The notes under the pieces are model-generated. The model was not told the DNA's origin. It worked only from the letters and a program-made list of their open reading frames with translations, and searched no databases. Below, in pieces: positions 38,040 to 50,632 of a stretch of DNA of 64,000 nt. Origin of the DNA: Hormiphora californensis. Taxonomy: Eukaryota > Animalia > Ctenophora. The translations under genes were made by a program, and so were the position numbers. The DNA is taken from positions 7,130,001 through 7,194,000 of the forward strand of contig CM035359.1 in assembly GCA_020137815.1 (NCBI GenBank), in the 5' to 3' direction. Position 1 is the stretch's first letter; the number at the start of each line of letters is the position of its first letter.

Positions 38040-38310
38040 TCTCTTTATTGAGTACTACCCTTCTAGGATATGTATCTCTTTATTGAGCTACCTTGTTCTA
38101 GGATATATCTCTTTATTGAGCTACCTTGTTCTAGGATATGTATATCTCTTTATTGAGCTACCTTGTTCTAGGATTGTATCTCTTTATTGAGCTACCTTGT
38201 TCTAGGATTGTATCTCTTTATTGAGCTACCTTGTTCTAGGATATGCATCTCTTTATTGAGCTACCTTGTTCTAGGATATGTATCTCTTTATTGAGCTACC
38301 TTGTTCTAGG
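38040..38310. repeat. ~33-37-bp minisatellite
   Basis: About 8 copies of tatctctttattgagctaccttgttctaggat. Confidence 0.9.
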
Positions 38311-40513
38311 AGTGTATTATTGAGAGTATAACCCTAGAATACATATCTCTATCTCTGGGTCAAAGTGTTGTGTTGTGTGTGTAAATATGGTTGTGATCTT
38401 AATGGTGTTCACCCCATTTTCTGCTGAGTGTGTTACCATGGTTACCATGTCTGTTACCATGGTTATCATGTGTGTTTAGTGTTTGGGACCCGTCGTGCAC
38501 GCTGTTTAAACGACACCTTTCAAATTAAAGACTTTTTTTGGTTAATTTCCCCCCTATATACCAGTTGTCTAGGCGGCGTAGCTAATATACTGGCTTGGTT
38601 ATAGCTGCGGTGCCTTACAATCTTCCCCCTGTTCTCATGTATCCCCCTGTGTGTTCCCCTGTTGAGAGTTGTCCCCATCTCCATGCCACTCTGAGGCCCC
38701 CCAGGAGGGAGGACATCTCAATCCGCAGGGGGGAACCGAGGGCAACCCTTTTTCTGATATACATAACATTTGTTGCTATAAATGATTAATAACAGTTACA
38801 ATTATCTCCTCCCGTCCTAGAAGTAGAAAATGATCTCTCCCGAGTCCTAGTTGTTGTTTTTGTCCTCATTGTGCATTTTGGTGCTATAACAGTGGTCAGT
38901 GTTCTCTCTCATGGTATTGGCAGGGTCGCTATCTCTCTCCTAATGAGGTGAGGGATTGCACCCTGACTATTCCAAGGTATCGAGAGAGAATGTACCACTT
39001 AAAATACACCCAGTTTTCCAGTTTTTTTTTCGTAAGGTTTTGTGTCGTATATTTCCCACCAGGCCCTGAATTCTGGGCTGCTGAACTCGAGTTATAATTA
39101 TCAAGATATATTTACTATAAATTGTCAAAAACTTTGTAGCTGTCCCCGTGTCATGTATCTGGGTATTGTCATGTATGCCCTTATTTGGGTGTATATCACA
39201 TGCCCATATATGGTATGGTTCAGCTCCAGCCTGTTCTGCTAGTACTGGCTAGCTGTTCAGGTATTTCGACTGTCTGGTGAACCCTTCTCTCCTTCCAGAG
39301 AGAGAGGTGCAGTCAGACAGAATAAGAGGTCGTGTCTCTGTGCTCTCCTGAAAGAGAGATTGTGTCTTGAGAGAGATATAGTCCTCCTTTTGGTTGAGCA
39401 GCACTCAGACCCGACCTCGCCCCATCGCGTAACAACCCTCTGTGTGCGTGAGGTGGAGGGGGTCATGGTATCATGGAGGGGGTCAAATCGCCCTTACGAG
39501 AAATACTGTTTTCTCTAACCCCAATCTCCACCATCATGTCCCTCCTTCATTTCATCAAACCACACACAGAGGGTGTTGCTCAAAAAAACAAATATAAGAA
39601 GTTAAAACAAAGAAAAAAAGTTCGCTATATATATTAAACAGTGGCCGCTCAGTTAACGCTCTATCCCGATTGGGTGAGAAGTGATATATTTAGTAGGTCG
39701 TCTGTAGTCACAATTTAGTGTAAATGAGACGCATTATGTCAAAAGTATATATATGCTTCTCCTACTACTAAGTTTAGTTTATTTTTATAACGAAAATGTT
39801 AAAAAAAAGTCTCAATATTTTTTCCGTATACCCCCTCTATAAATTGATGTTGTCTGTGTGTTTTATTGGGTGAAATATCCCAATTTCACTTGCTGGATTT
39901 GTGGTGCACTGGTTGTATATTCCCCATGTTATTAATTAGAGATCGATCTGTGGGTTCCTGCAGAACTCCAATTAATCATCTCTTGATATCTGGGTGAATG
40001 ATAGTGGCCAGGTGTGTGTGTGTTGAGTGTGTGTGTGTGATGAGAAATATCAGAATTAATGCACGTGTTGTGTGATGATTGGTGCAGTGTTGATTTGAAT
40101 TGGTTGAATTTGTGTGTACTCTGAGTGTAGCACTATACAGAGTACTGCAGTACTCTCCCACCCCCTGGTTGGCGGGACACGTGGGAGAGAAATGGAAAGA
40201 GAACAGAATTAGTACTAGATCGTTGTGTGGGGGATAAGATTATATTTTTCCATCACGGCCTGTCCCCCACTGCAGATCTGATCTTGGTACAGCTTTTAAG
40301 ATGTGTATATAAAACGTATTATCCAGTCACCAGCTACTAGACCCCCAGGACCAGTATTATCATCAGATGGTTCAAGAGGTGTATGTAGTTTGGTGACATG
40401 CCTGTATAATAAGAAGAAAATGTATAAAAAACACTTATATTTGTTTGCAATGAACCTGAATAATTAACTAGTATTACTTTGTCAAATATCTGGTCGGCAT
40501 TCACCCCGGGATT

Positions 40514-41948
40514 TCTAAGAAACTTTCCCACTTTGACCCTCCTAATCTCTAAGAAACTTTCCCACCTTAACCCTCCTAATCTCTAAGAAACTTTCCCACT
40601 TTGACCCTCCTTATATCTCTAAGAAAATTTCCCACTTTGACCCTCCTTATCTCTAAGAAACTTTCCCACTTTGACCCTCCTAATCTCTAAGAAACTTTCC
40701 CACTTTGACCCTCCTTATCTCTAAGAAACTTTCCCACTTTCACCCTCCTTATCTCTAAGAAACTTTCCCACTTTCACCCTCCTTATCTCTAAGAAACTTT
40801 CCCACTTTGAACCTCCTTATCTCTAAGAAACTTTCCCACTTTGACCCTCCTTAACTCTAATAATAAGGTGATTTAACTAAAATTTTAGCCTCAACCACAA
40901 AAAAATTTGTTACAAAAGATTTCCACCTCAAATGTACTCCTAAGGGTCCCCTCTATCGATTCCAACCAATGCTCATATTTGGTCAGGGGTGCTAAGGCCT
41001 CATTTCCGGGTGGGCGTGGTACCTGTATTTTCAGCCTGAGGCCAAAACCATGAATACCCTTAAAATAGGAGTAGAGACAAAACTGAGGGCACTAAAATGA
41101 TCAGCGTCCTCGAATTAGTGGGGGTAGGTGCTAAAATTAAGTCTCTATCTCATCTGGTTAATTAGATAATTGGATAATTAGTTTTGCGCATAACCGTTTT
41201 TTGGCTATATGGCTATAGCCACTTAGGAATGGTTAAGAGACTTTTCATTGGTGCCATTTTGTAGGCAAAGCGAAGTTATGGGGGGTCGACGTCGGACTTT
41301 TAAGCTCTATCTTCAACCGTTTAGCCGTTATTTGGCTTTTAAGATGCTCCAAATGAGCAAAATACGGTAAAAAGTCCAATTTCGAACACCGTTAAAGCCA
41401 AATAACGGCTAAACGGTTGAAGATAGAGCTTAAAAGTCCGACGTCGACCCCCCATAATTTCGCTTTGCCTACAAAATGGCACCAATGAAAAGTCTCTTAA
41501 CCATTCATAAGTGGCTATAGCCATATAGCCAAAAAACGGTTATGTGCAAACCTAATTATCCAATTATCTAATTAACCAGATGAGATAGAGACTTAATTTT
41601 AGCACCTATCCCCACTAATTTGAGGACGCTGATCATTTTAGTGCCCTCAGTTTTGTCTCTACTCCTATTTTAAGGGTATTTATGGTTTTGGCCTCAGGCT
41701 GAAAATATAGGTACCACGCCCACCCGGAAATGAGGCCTTAGCACCCCTGAGCAAATATGAGCATTGGTTGGAATCGATAGAGGGGACCCTTAGGAGTACA
41801 TTTGAGGTGGAAATCCTTTGTAACAAATTTTTTTGTGGTGTTCCTGGCTTATCACCTTACTATAAGAAACTTTCCCACTTTGACCCTCCTAATCTCTAAG
41901 AAACTATCCCACTTTGACCCTCCTAATCTCTAAGAAACTTTCCCACTT
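40514..41948. repeat. ~34-bp minisatellite interrupted by a transposon
   Basis: tctaagaaactttcccactttgaccctcctWatc about 10 times before and 3 times after the insertion. Confidence 0.9.
40861..41862. mobile_element. ~1-kb palindromic non-autonomous element (Academ-like termini, 3-bp TSD)
   Basis: TAA|TAATAAGGTGAT...ATCACCTTACTA|TAA; ~40895-41335 is a near-perfect reverse complement of ~41395-41838. Confidence 0.75.
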
Positions 41949-42377
41949 GGTTGACATGTCCCCAGTATGTCAGCTCTCACACTGGGGTCAGGGTTGAAGG
42001 CCGGGTGTGAGCGATGCGTTTACCCACCGAATGGACAGACTGCGTGTTTGATTGGATCCTTTCTGTATGGCAAATGATAGGGTCCTCTCTGCAGTAGTAG
42101 TCAGGGTCATCTCTCTAATCTCTATGAGGCGAATATTTTTTGATTTACCGTACCATCAAGGAGCGCTAAAATAAATTGACGGTGAGAGGCACACAAAATA
42201 TTATTTACAAATATAATAGTGCATTTAAACATTGTCATTGGTCTTACTGAGAGGGCCACACGGGAGGTAGTGGACGTTGTTTGGGAATGAACTGCGTGAT
42301 GTTTTACGCCACGTATGATGGTGTACTAGAATACTATAAAAGAGCTTAGAGTAAGATAAATATTAGATCGCAAAAAG

Positions 42378-42883
42378 ATGAAGGTTGCATCTATTGTATT
42401 TTGTTGAGTAAGGGGGAAGAGTGTGTGTCACACTCTTCCCCCTTACTCAACAAATTGTATTGGTTTCACTCTTAGTAAGCTCCGTGTCAGGTAAGCTTGG
42501 TGACCCCCTGTCTGGACTCTGGTGGCGCCGACCCGATCTGAGCGCACTGCCGCTGTCAGTGTCAAAACGGGGTCTGGCAACGCCAGACAAGAGACGGCCC
42601 CTGATCCTCCTCTTTTCTCTGTATGTAATCGGGTACCGTATAACGGTCGTACACTGCTTCAAACTCTATTCCTTTCCACCAGGTTGGGTTTCATGGTGCT
42701 CCTATCCCGACAGCTTCATGAGTGGTGGCTATTGTAGTGGTGAGAATTCGTTTGAATCCAAGTCAAAAGCTCAGAAAGCTTGTCATGCGAGACCTGACTG
42801 TATGGGAGTTGTTGAAGATCCTTCCACTGGCAACACCACTCTCCGGGTGGGACCTTCAGTTTTGGTGGGAGCGAGTAACACAG
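42378..42883 (+). CDS. Secreted Cys-rich protein, exons 1-2; exon 1 disrupted by a hairpin insertion
   Basis: Without the insertion, exon 1 reads MKVASIVLVSLLVSSVS(G). Exon 42683-42883 reads YPDSFMSGGYCSG...AQKACHARPDCMGV...TLRVGP (PAN/apple-like pattern). 3' end unresolved. Confidence 0.6.
42401..42453. mobile_element. 53-bp perfect hairpin insertion with 8-bp TSD
   Basis: 25-bp stem and 3-nt loop; ATTGTATT at 42393-42400 and 42454-42461. Confidence 0.85.
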
Positions 42884-42905
42884 GTAGATATAATTGCTCC
42901 TAGAT

Positions 42906-43189
42906 TCTAGATTAAATCACTGCGCTGGCAAGCGCAAAGCTAAAGGTGACCCAATCCAATCCCCGAAAAAATCACTTCTAATTTCCGAGATATACATGGT
43001 CAAAAAGACTCCCCTTTCCCTTCTAATTAAAGGGACAGGGGGTCCCCACTTCCCCTTAAATAACTACACTTTTTATTGCAGGGGAAACGACCTGGGTTGT
43101 ATGTAAAAGTGAGGGTAGAGATACGCGTTTTATGAAATACCTTGCCTGCGAAGCAGGCAAGCCCCGTAGGGGCTGGGCCTGCTTTCTGG
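42906..43189 (+). mobile_element. Candidate non-autonomous Helitron
   Basis: Starts TC; ends with hairpins ttgcctgcgaagcaggcaa and agccccgtaggggct, then CTGG|T (CTRR). The 5' flank is T rather than the canonical A. Confidence 0.35.
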
Positions 43190-43973
43190 TTAAGTTCAGG
43201 GGTTGCTAAGACGCGCACACCAGACCACGCTACCAACTGCTGACACGTTTCAACTTTTATTTTAAAAACAACCGCGCGCGCCCCGATTAAATCTTAGGGT
43301 ATTAGTGTGACATGGTGTGACATGGTGTGAGTTGTGACACGGTGTGTTCATTTTAACACCATCTGAAAACTGAATTAAGCCAATTTGTAATTTAGGGCTG
43401 AATTGATGACCCCTTAAACATTATTCAAAACTCATAAAATAAATATTCAAATCTTGTTACCATACCTCATTTTCGGGAACGGGATGAAAGGACAGTTCAC
43501 ATGGCATTATTCGAAACTTGGTATGTGTAATGAGAAGGAAAAGGACAAATATGTATCAACGTTAACATCTTGGTCAGGACCGAATCAAACTAGGGGAGAG
43601 AGATATAATTTTAAATTAGAGTGAAGAGAGAATGCGATTTAGGATTTATACTGTAAAATATACAGTACGGGGCGGTGACGGCCACGAAAGTGCTCGACCG
43701 GGTGTAGAGGGAGCAGGATACAAATTGAAACACTTTAGGTTGTGGCAAACATATGTTTGCCACACCCTAAAGTGTTGTGATGACCTGATAATGACCTGAT
43801 TATTAATTAGCATTATACCATACCTCTGTCAGGAAAAAGCCTACACCGGATGATGGGAGCTTCATAATTATTGATAGAGGACAGTTTACACGGCATTGTT
43901 CGAAACTCAATGATCAGTACCTGGAAATAAGTGTTAAAAGATTGTGATGGACAAAGACCTATTTATTAAGTTA

Positions 43974-44106
43974 CAGTCGGACCCCAATTTACCGGTCGTT
44001 GATATACCCGAGCCGGGATAAGAAATTAACATTATTTGACCCGGGCACCCCGAATTATCAGGCAATATCTTTCCCCCGAGCATCGCGGTAAATCGGGAAC
44101 CGACTG
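43974..44106. mobile_element. MITE with TA TSD (Tc1/pogo-type)
   Basis: TA|CAGTCGGACCCCAATTTACCG...CGGTAAATCGGGAACCGACTG|TA. Confidence 0.8.
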
Positions 44107-44773
44107 TATATTAGCAAAAATCACACTTTTTTGGGGGGGGGGGGAATATATTTATGATTTCTATGTACATATTCAAAACTAATTTTCCAATTTCCATCGG
44201 CTGTAATATATAGAAATGGATACCTAAGATTTGTGTTTTTAATATCACAGAGTAAGAATTGAGAACATCCTAAAACACCTCATGGGACGGTCAGTTTTGC
44301 TGCTCATACTATTCTCAAAAATTATTCAATCCAAAAAATGTGTGTCCAACAAAGAGTGTCCAGTGTCCTATTTTTACCACGGGAACCTTGATCCTTCCAA
44401 TGTTCGGTATTGTTTATGAGTCCATTCACTGCATTTATAATTCTATTCCCATTCCATGTAACCAGCTAAAATGGAGCTCGATCAATACTGCAGTCAGTAG
44501 ATGATGTATGCAATGTTAGGGGAGTAAGGAATGTCCTGACATCACAGCACACATCACAACAGCACCCACAGTTGCCGTCATAATAACATGTGGTGCAGTT
44601 TGTTACATTCAACTCGGATTCCAAATCTGAGTGGTCCTGGAGAGGAGGAGATGGGGTGTTAGGGGTTGATTAGGGGGTGAGTTAGGGGTGTTGGGGTGGG
44701 ATAAAATATAGAAACTGCGGTTTGGGTAGCAGGAGTTGAGTGATTAGATATAACATGGGCTATTATACGAGTA

Positions 44774-45467
44774 AGGTAAGCTGGGGCAAATTGGTCCATC
44801 GGGTAAAGTGGTCCATGTATGGGGCAAATTGGCCTGCTCGTTCTGTTCCGGATTTTTGCCTAGTTAGACTGTTTACAAATGTAAAGGAGGGTTAGAACAT
44901 AACAATTAAAACTGCTGTGATTTCTGTTTGAGTTGGCCGATTTTAATTTTGCAAAAACTGCCAGTTAGGTTTTTTATTCTTCTAAAACTAGGCATAAAAT
45001 TTTTTCAAAAAACTCACTACATACATATTAAGTTGATTAAATTGTCAAATTAGTCAAATTGGGGCAAATATGGTCCACTCGCTGGGGCAAGGTGGTCAAC
45101 CCTGGGGCAAAGTGGTCCACCTCTAGAACCAATAAAATGGAGTATGAAATACCACGTGACATTGGAATGCACTGGGGCAAGCTGCTGGAGACAACATGGG
45201 CCACTTTGCCCCAACTATCGGTGTTTTAACAACATCAGTCACGTGATAAAATTGAGCAATGCTTTTGCTTGGGCCACTTTGCCCAAGTGCAAATTTTCCA
45301 AAAAAAGCATCACCAAATTATTTGAATTGATTAATTAACCCATTAAATAAAACTTGCAGGTTTTAAAATTTAGCCCGGCTGAAAGGAAAACGTTTCATTG
45401 GGTAGCCTATACATTTTTTCTCCTGCTGTATAAATTAAAAATGGGCCACTTTTGCCCCAGCTTACCA
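44774..45467. mobile_element. pogo/Tc1-like non-autonomous element with TA TSD
   Basis: TIR GGTAAGCTGGGGCAAA; repeated GGGGCAAAGTGGYCC motifs; same family as 61813-64000 in opposite orientation. Confidence 0.8.
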
Positions 45468-45570
45468 TACACGGGAGTGTAAATTAGCAGTTAGGGGATT
45501 GAAAAAGCAACCTAAATGGGGTTAGAGCTGGACACAAACCTTATCACAGTAATCCTCCACATCATCAGCT

Positions 45571-47695
45571 TCAGGTCAAGATGTGATCTAGCTCCTTATC
45601 AGTCTGGGCTATAGCTTCCAGTGGGGATCTCTTGACTGCAGCTGGGCCTGACTGTTCCTCTTCAAGATCTCCTTCCTGAGAGGGAAGGGGTGTTAGAGGG
45701 TTGGTAAAGGGGGGAACAGTGTTAGAGGGTTGGTAAAGAGGGACAGTGTTAGAGGGTTGGTAAAAGGAGGGGGACAGTGTTAGAGGGCTGTAAACTCACC
45801 ATTAGGTTCGACAACTCATTATTGATTCCCCAGTGCAGTTTAAAATATCCTTCGACTCTCTTATCGTAAAGTTATCTGTAGAGAGAATAGGTTATATTTC
45901 ATTTCTGCTTTCTTGGGAATAGCAAGTGTCATGTTGTTCGTGGCCCCGAACAACATGACACTTTCCTAGTAACCCTACGGGGTTACTAGGAAAGTTTTAT
46001 AAATTTCAGGGGAAGATACACGGTTGCCAGGGGTTATGTCTGCTAAACAACTGAAGGACAACAACTAGAAGGAAGGTATCACATGTGAGAAATCTTAAAT
46101 CCAGTACTACAACGAAAGAGAGAGGAGATTGAGAGAGGCGGAGAGAGAGGTAGATATAACTAGAGAGATAGTGAGGGAGAGACTGACAGCTACTGAGGGT
46201 GAAAGAGAGAGAATTCATCTCCAGGTAAACAAATATGAGATCACGTACCGGCTGGATGTGGTGGTTGAAGGTAGGACTGGGCTTGTTGCTGTGCATCAGT
46301 TCTTGCATCAGTAGTTGGGAGGAAATGTGTCGGGGAGACTGGAATTAGAGTGTGGGTTAGAGAGGGATGACACAGGTGATAGTGGGGGGATGGGGATACA
46401 AACTAGGGAAACCAATCAAGGGTCTAGTAACATGTAGTAAAATGACATCTACATACCGGGGGTATTCCTTTGGCAAAATGGTGGGGGCGAACCATGAAGT
46501 TTGGTGGCATTCCCTTCATCCCCATGGGGTGGGGAGGGGTGAAGGGGCCAGGAGGGAAGGGTAGCTTGATACCACCACCCCTGGATGTTTCAATGGTTTA
46601 GGTCCCTGATCCTGCCCAGGTGGACTTTAACTAAGAAACAAAACTATCACCTACCAGAGTGAGGGGATGGGGATGAGATCACGTACCGGCTGGATGTGGT
46701 GGTTGAAGGTAGGACTGGGCTTGTTGCTGTGCATCAGTTCTTGCATCAGTAGTTGGGAGGAAATGTGTCGGGGAGACTGGAATTAGAGTGTGGGTTAGAG
46801 AGGGATGACACAGGTGATAGTGGGGGGATGGGGATACAAACTCGGGAAACCGATCAAGGGTCTAGTAACATGTAGTAAAATGACATCTACATACCGGGGG
46901 TATTCCTTTGGCAAAATGGTGGGGGCGAACCATGAAGTTTGGTGGCATTCCCTTCATCCCCATGGGGTGGGGAGGGGTGAAGGGGCCAGGAGGGAAGGGT
47001 AGCTTGATACCACCACCCCTGGATGTTTCAATGGTTTAGGTCCCTGATCCTGCTCAGTAGGGGATACACGGGGCATGCCAGGTCCCTCCCCAGATCGAGG
47101 CCTCATCCTGTTCTGCATGTGGGTGGGAGTCAGGTTGATGTTCATCTCGTGGGGCAGACACTCATCCTTGAACCCCCGCTCAGAGCTCTTGATCATAACG
47201 CTGGTAGGGGTGAATGCCATGGGGAAGGGACCTTTGTTCAACATTCTGCAGGGAGAAATAATTTGGTAATTGATCAGTTAGTTAATCAAAACTGAAAGTG
47301 AATTGTTAGTAAAGTTGTCTGGTAGAAACTAGAGACCCAATGATTCATCTCCCGGGTTACCTGTGATTTTGGTGAGCGGTGATCCTAGTTGGAATGCTCT
47401 CATCCCCGGACAGTCTGGGTCTCATGAAGGGCTGGGGCTGCTGTTCGATTTGGGGTGGGGGCATTGGTCCCATACGGGCTGGGGCAGTCAGAAGAGGGGC
47501 ACCCTGACCTGGCAGCCGGAGAAGGGCCTTGTGTCCCCCACTTCTCGTGGTGATAGCATATCTTACCTGCTGAGTATCTGAGAGAGTGCCAAGCGTGGGA
47601 TACTAAACACAGTATCCAGAACGCAGTATCCAATTAGAAAAGTGATAAAATTGATGTTTGGAGGGCATCAAATCCTGGGTTTTTATACCGTTCAT
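45571..47695 (-). CDS. Multi-exon Pro/Met-rich protein containing FTPTSV (4E-T-like motif); 3' structure uncertain
   Basis: In-phase exons 47689-47695, 47567-47602, 47361-47508 and one starting at 47245 (MAFTPTSVMIK); further GT-AG exons near 46896-47018, 46687-46775 and 45571-45676. Confidence 0.4.
46235..47053. repeat. 381-bp near-identical direct duplication containing two exons
   Basis: 46235-46615 vs 46673-47053, offset 438, two visible mismatches. Confidence 0.9.
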
Positions 47696-48089
47696 TCAGA
47701 TTTATCCATTTCGTCACTCGTCAGATTTCCCCGTTTCGCCATGAAACACACTAGAGAGGTTTACAATGTTTAAAAATAAAAAGTTTTATACAATAAAAGT
47801 AAAAAAGGGCTTCCCATAGTGGGTCCCCGGTCCCCCATAAATTATTTAAACGTTACTCCATACCGGCCTACACAGGCATGCCATAGAAAGATTGTTAGGG
47901 AGTACCGGGTATCCATGTCTCATATAAGACTGTCCTCTTCGCGGCGAGCCTTAGGCCTGGTGCGGCTACGTGAGGTTGTGCGGTGTACACTGTACACTGT
48001 ACAGTCAGTGCCTGACAACGGGTATCCCCTAATGGGGGGACACTGTCCACACCCCGCTAATACACTAAACATATTGGTTCACAAATAAT

Positions 48090-49170
48090 AAAAAATATAT
48101 GTCCAACATGCGGACGTTTCCGCCCGTAGCTACCTCTTGCTGGGTTTGTATATGTATGTACAAAAAACAGAATCAATAAACTGTCGTGATAACAAGTGAT
48201 GAGTAGCGTGTAGAAGGGATGTTGTAAATAATTTGAATGAGGAATGAGGATGTGCTCGATATGGAGCAGCGCAAGGAAAAGGACCCAGGGATCGATGTGG
48301 AGGAGGTAGGAGTAAAGGACCCAGGGATCGATGTATAGGAGGTTGGGAAAGGACCCAAGGATCGATGTGGAGCAAGGTAGGGAAAGGACTCAGGAATCGA
48401 TGTGGAGGAGGTAGGAGTAAATGACCCAGGGATCGATGTGAAGGAGGTTGGGAAAGGACCCAGGGATCGATGTGGAGCAAGGTAGGGAAAGGACCCAGGA
48501 ATCGATATGGAGGAGGTTGTAGTAAAGGAATGTAAAGGTTGTAGTAAAGGAATCGATGTGGAGGAGGTAGGAGTAGAGGACCCAGGGATCAATGTCGAGT
48601 GAAAGTAGGAGTAAAGGACCCAGGGATCAACACGGAATAATGTAGGAGAGAAAGGATACAGGTATCGATGTGAAGGAATACACGAGAAAAAGGGAGCCCA
48701 GGAATCAGGAATAGGAGTTGGAGACAGTAGTTACTCAGGAATCCATGTGGATGTACCAAATGTAGGGAAGTGAGGATTATTTTGCCGATCATTGGTTGTA
48801 TGCTCTAAAGAACAAGTGCGTCTTCAGGGATGTTTTAAAAGTAGTAAGGGATTCTGAGTCCCGGATTGATCGTGGTAGCTGATTCCATAATGTAGGTGCA
48901 GCAATACTGAAAGCGCCTCTAGTGTTTTCGTAGTGGTACTCACGTCATTATCCACTCGGAGTGATTTCACTTTCTGAGGCCGCTTCACTAACATCTCAGA
49001 CATGTATGGAGGGGATTGATCATGAAGAGTCTTGTATACCATCAAGCAAATTTTGTACTCTATTCGCTGTTTCACAGGCAAGAAGTGTGATTTCATGCGA
49101 AGTTTTGTTACACCGCGTTTTCCTCTTTTCCCATAAATGTATCGTGTCGCACTGTTCTGAACTTTCTGTA
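48090..49170 (-). mobile_element. L2-clade LINE 3' fragment with repeat-rich 3' UTR
   Basis: 48789-49170 encodes LQKVQNSATR...HFLPVKQRIEYKICLMVYK.../GAFSIAAPTLWNQLP..IR...FKTSLKTHLF (frameshifted); degenerate GGACCCAGGGATCGATGTGG repeats at 48270-48640. Confidence 0.8.
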
Positions 49171-50000
49171 AGTCGCTCGGGCCTCAGAATAATTCATCGC
49201 TTAGATTTTCAATAGTTCCGGAAAAGTTTTGTCTTTGCTGCAGGCCCTTAGAACGGGTAAGAGGATGAGTCCTGGTCCGCATGGCATAGTGCGCAAAATA
49301 TTCTTGACTTTTCGAGTTTCGAAAAAAAAACGCGCAACTTTTTCAGTTCGCGCCGTCACGATTCACTTTGAAGATTCTTCAGCGCGCGCAATTTCTGTCC
49401 AAAACAAGCGCGTTTGTATATTTGCGCGTCCAATTTTTTTAATTAAGCAATTAACGATTAATTAAACACTTTAGTTGGTCAAATTAGGTAAAATTATGTC
49501 GGAAAATGATAAATGTATCACTCTTTTTAAAGTCAAAGTGTCCCAAAAAGTCCAATCACTGTTTGAAATCATCCAACTTTGAGAGTCGATTCCTCTGTCC
49601 AGAAATCGTTTCTGGCTTATCCACCTATACGTTGCACCAGTTCAAGGGATTCTCTACCTGGGAAAAAAAGATGGTTACTTATAAAGCTGTCGTTTAGTGG
49701 GACTAAGGGTCGGGGGAAGAGAGGTCAAATTAATTCAAATGGCCGTCAGTTGAAGACCAGAAGAATAAGAGACAAATCCTTCGACACGAAGGTGTCAAAT
49801 TGTCTCCTCTAACATATCCCAGAGTTTGGGATTTTATGGATATTCCGTTCTCCCGTAATTGCCAAAAAAACCGATTTGAGCAAATCGGCGATTACGCCAC
49901 GGTTTTTGAGAGTTTCAAATCGAGACCTGTTCGTTGCATTCATTTAGAACATGACCGATCAGAAAATCCAAAAATTAAAACGCTAACTAGCGCCGTTTAG

Positions 50001-50632
50001 CAGAACGAAGCATTCTACGAGTGCCCTAGTCGTGACTGTGCCCCCTATGTGAGGGGATCGCCCTACGGGCGCGCGAACATGGGGGGCGCGACGTGCCACT
50101 GCCCAATGAAATACCCCGACACCTACATAGCTGGATACTGCAGTGGAAAATATCAGTATAAATATATGCATGAGGCTCAGGACAGCTGCCGTCAGAGAAA
50201 GGATTGTAGGGGGGTAACCAGGCAACATGGTGAATACCAGTACACACTGAGGCGAGGGCCTGCTGTTATGGTGGGACAGAGTCCAACAGGTAAACTAGGC
50301 AGCCCCATATACCCACGTCCCACATTTTGTCCCGCTCCTTGGCCTTATTTGCCATGCTACGCAGCTCAGTCTGTCTGTTCGGCACTTTAAAGCGCCTCGG
50401 ATAGCTCGCCGAAGGCCCGTTGTGAGAGCTGACAGACGAGGAACATGTCAAGGCCTTTATATGTGCTGTCTGGCGCCGCGACCCATCTGAGCGCACTGTG
50501 GGCGCCGCCATACAGCTTATGTGTGTGTAGTGTGTACTGCCCCACATTGATGTGTTGCTTGTTTCTTGGGTACAAAATTATAACATTAACAATTGTTTAT
50601 TTGCAGGTGAATGGTCCTGGGTCCAGCGTTAA
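50001..50632 (+). CDS. 3' exons of a Cys-rich protein homologous to 42683-42883 (same gene or tandem paralog)
   Basis: Exon 50001-50289 (YPDTYIAGYCSG...AQDSCRQRKDCRGV...YTLRRGP...SPTG) and terminal exon 50607-50632 (EWSWVQR*). Confidence 0.65.

Noticed and set aside
42904-50020. Giant gene-capturing Helitron ending at CTAG near 50019
   Set aside because: That CTAG lies within the open Cys-rich exon (ECPSRDC), and the model needs an implausible ~20-nt intron.
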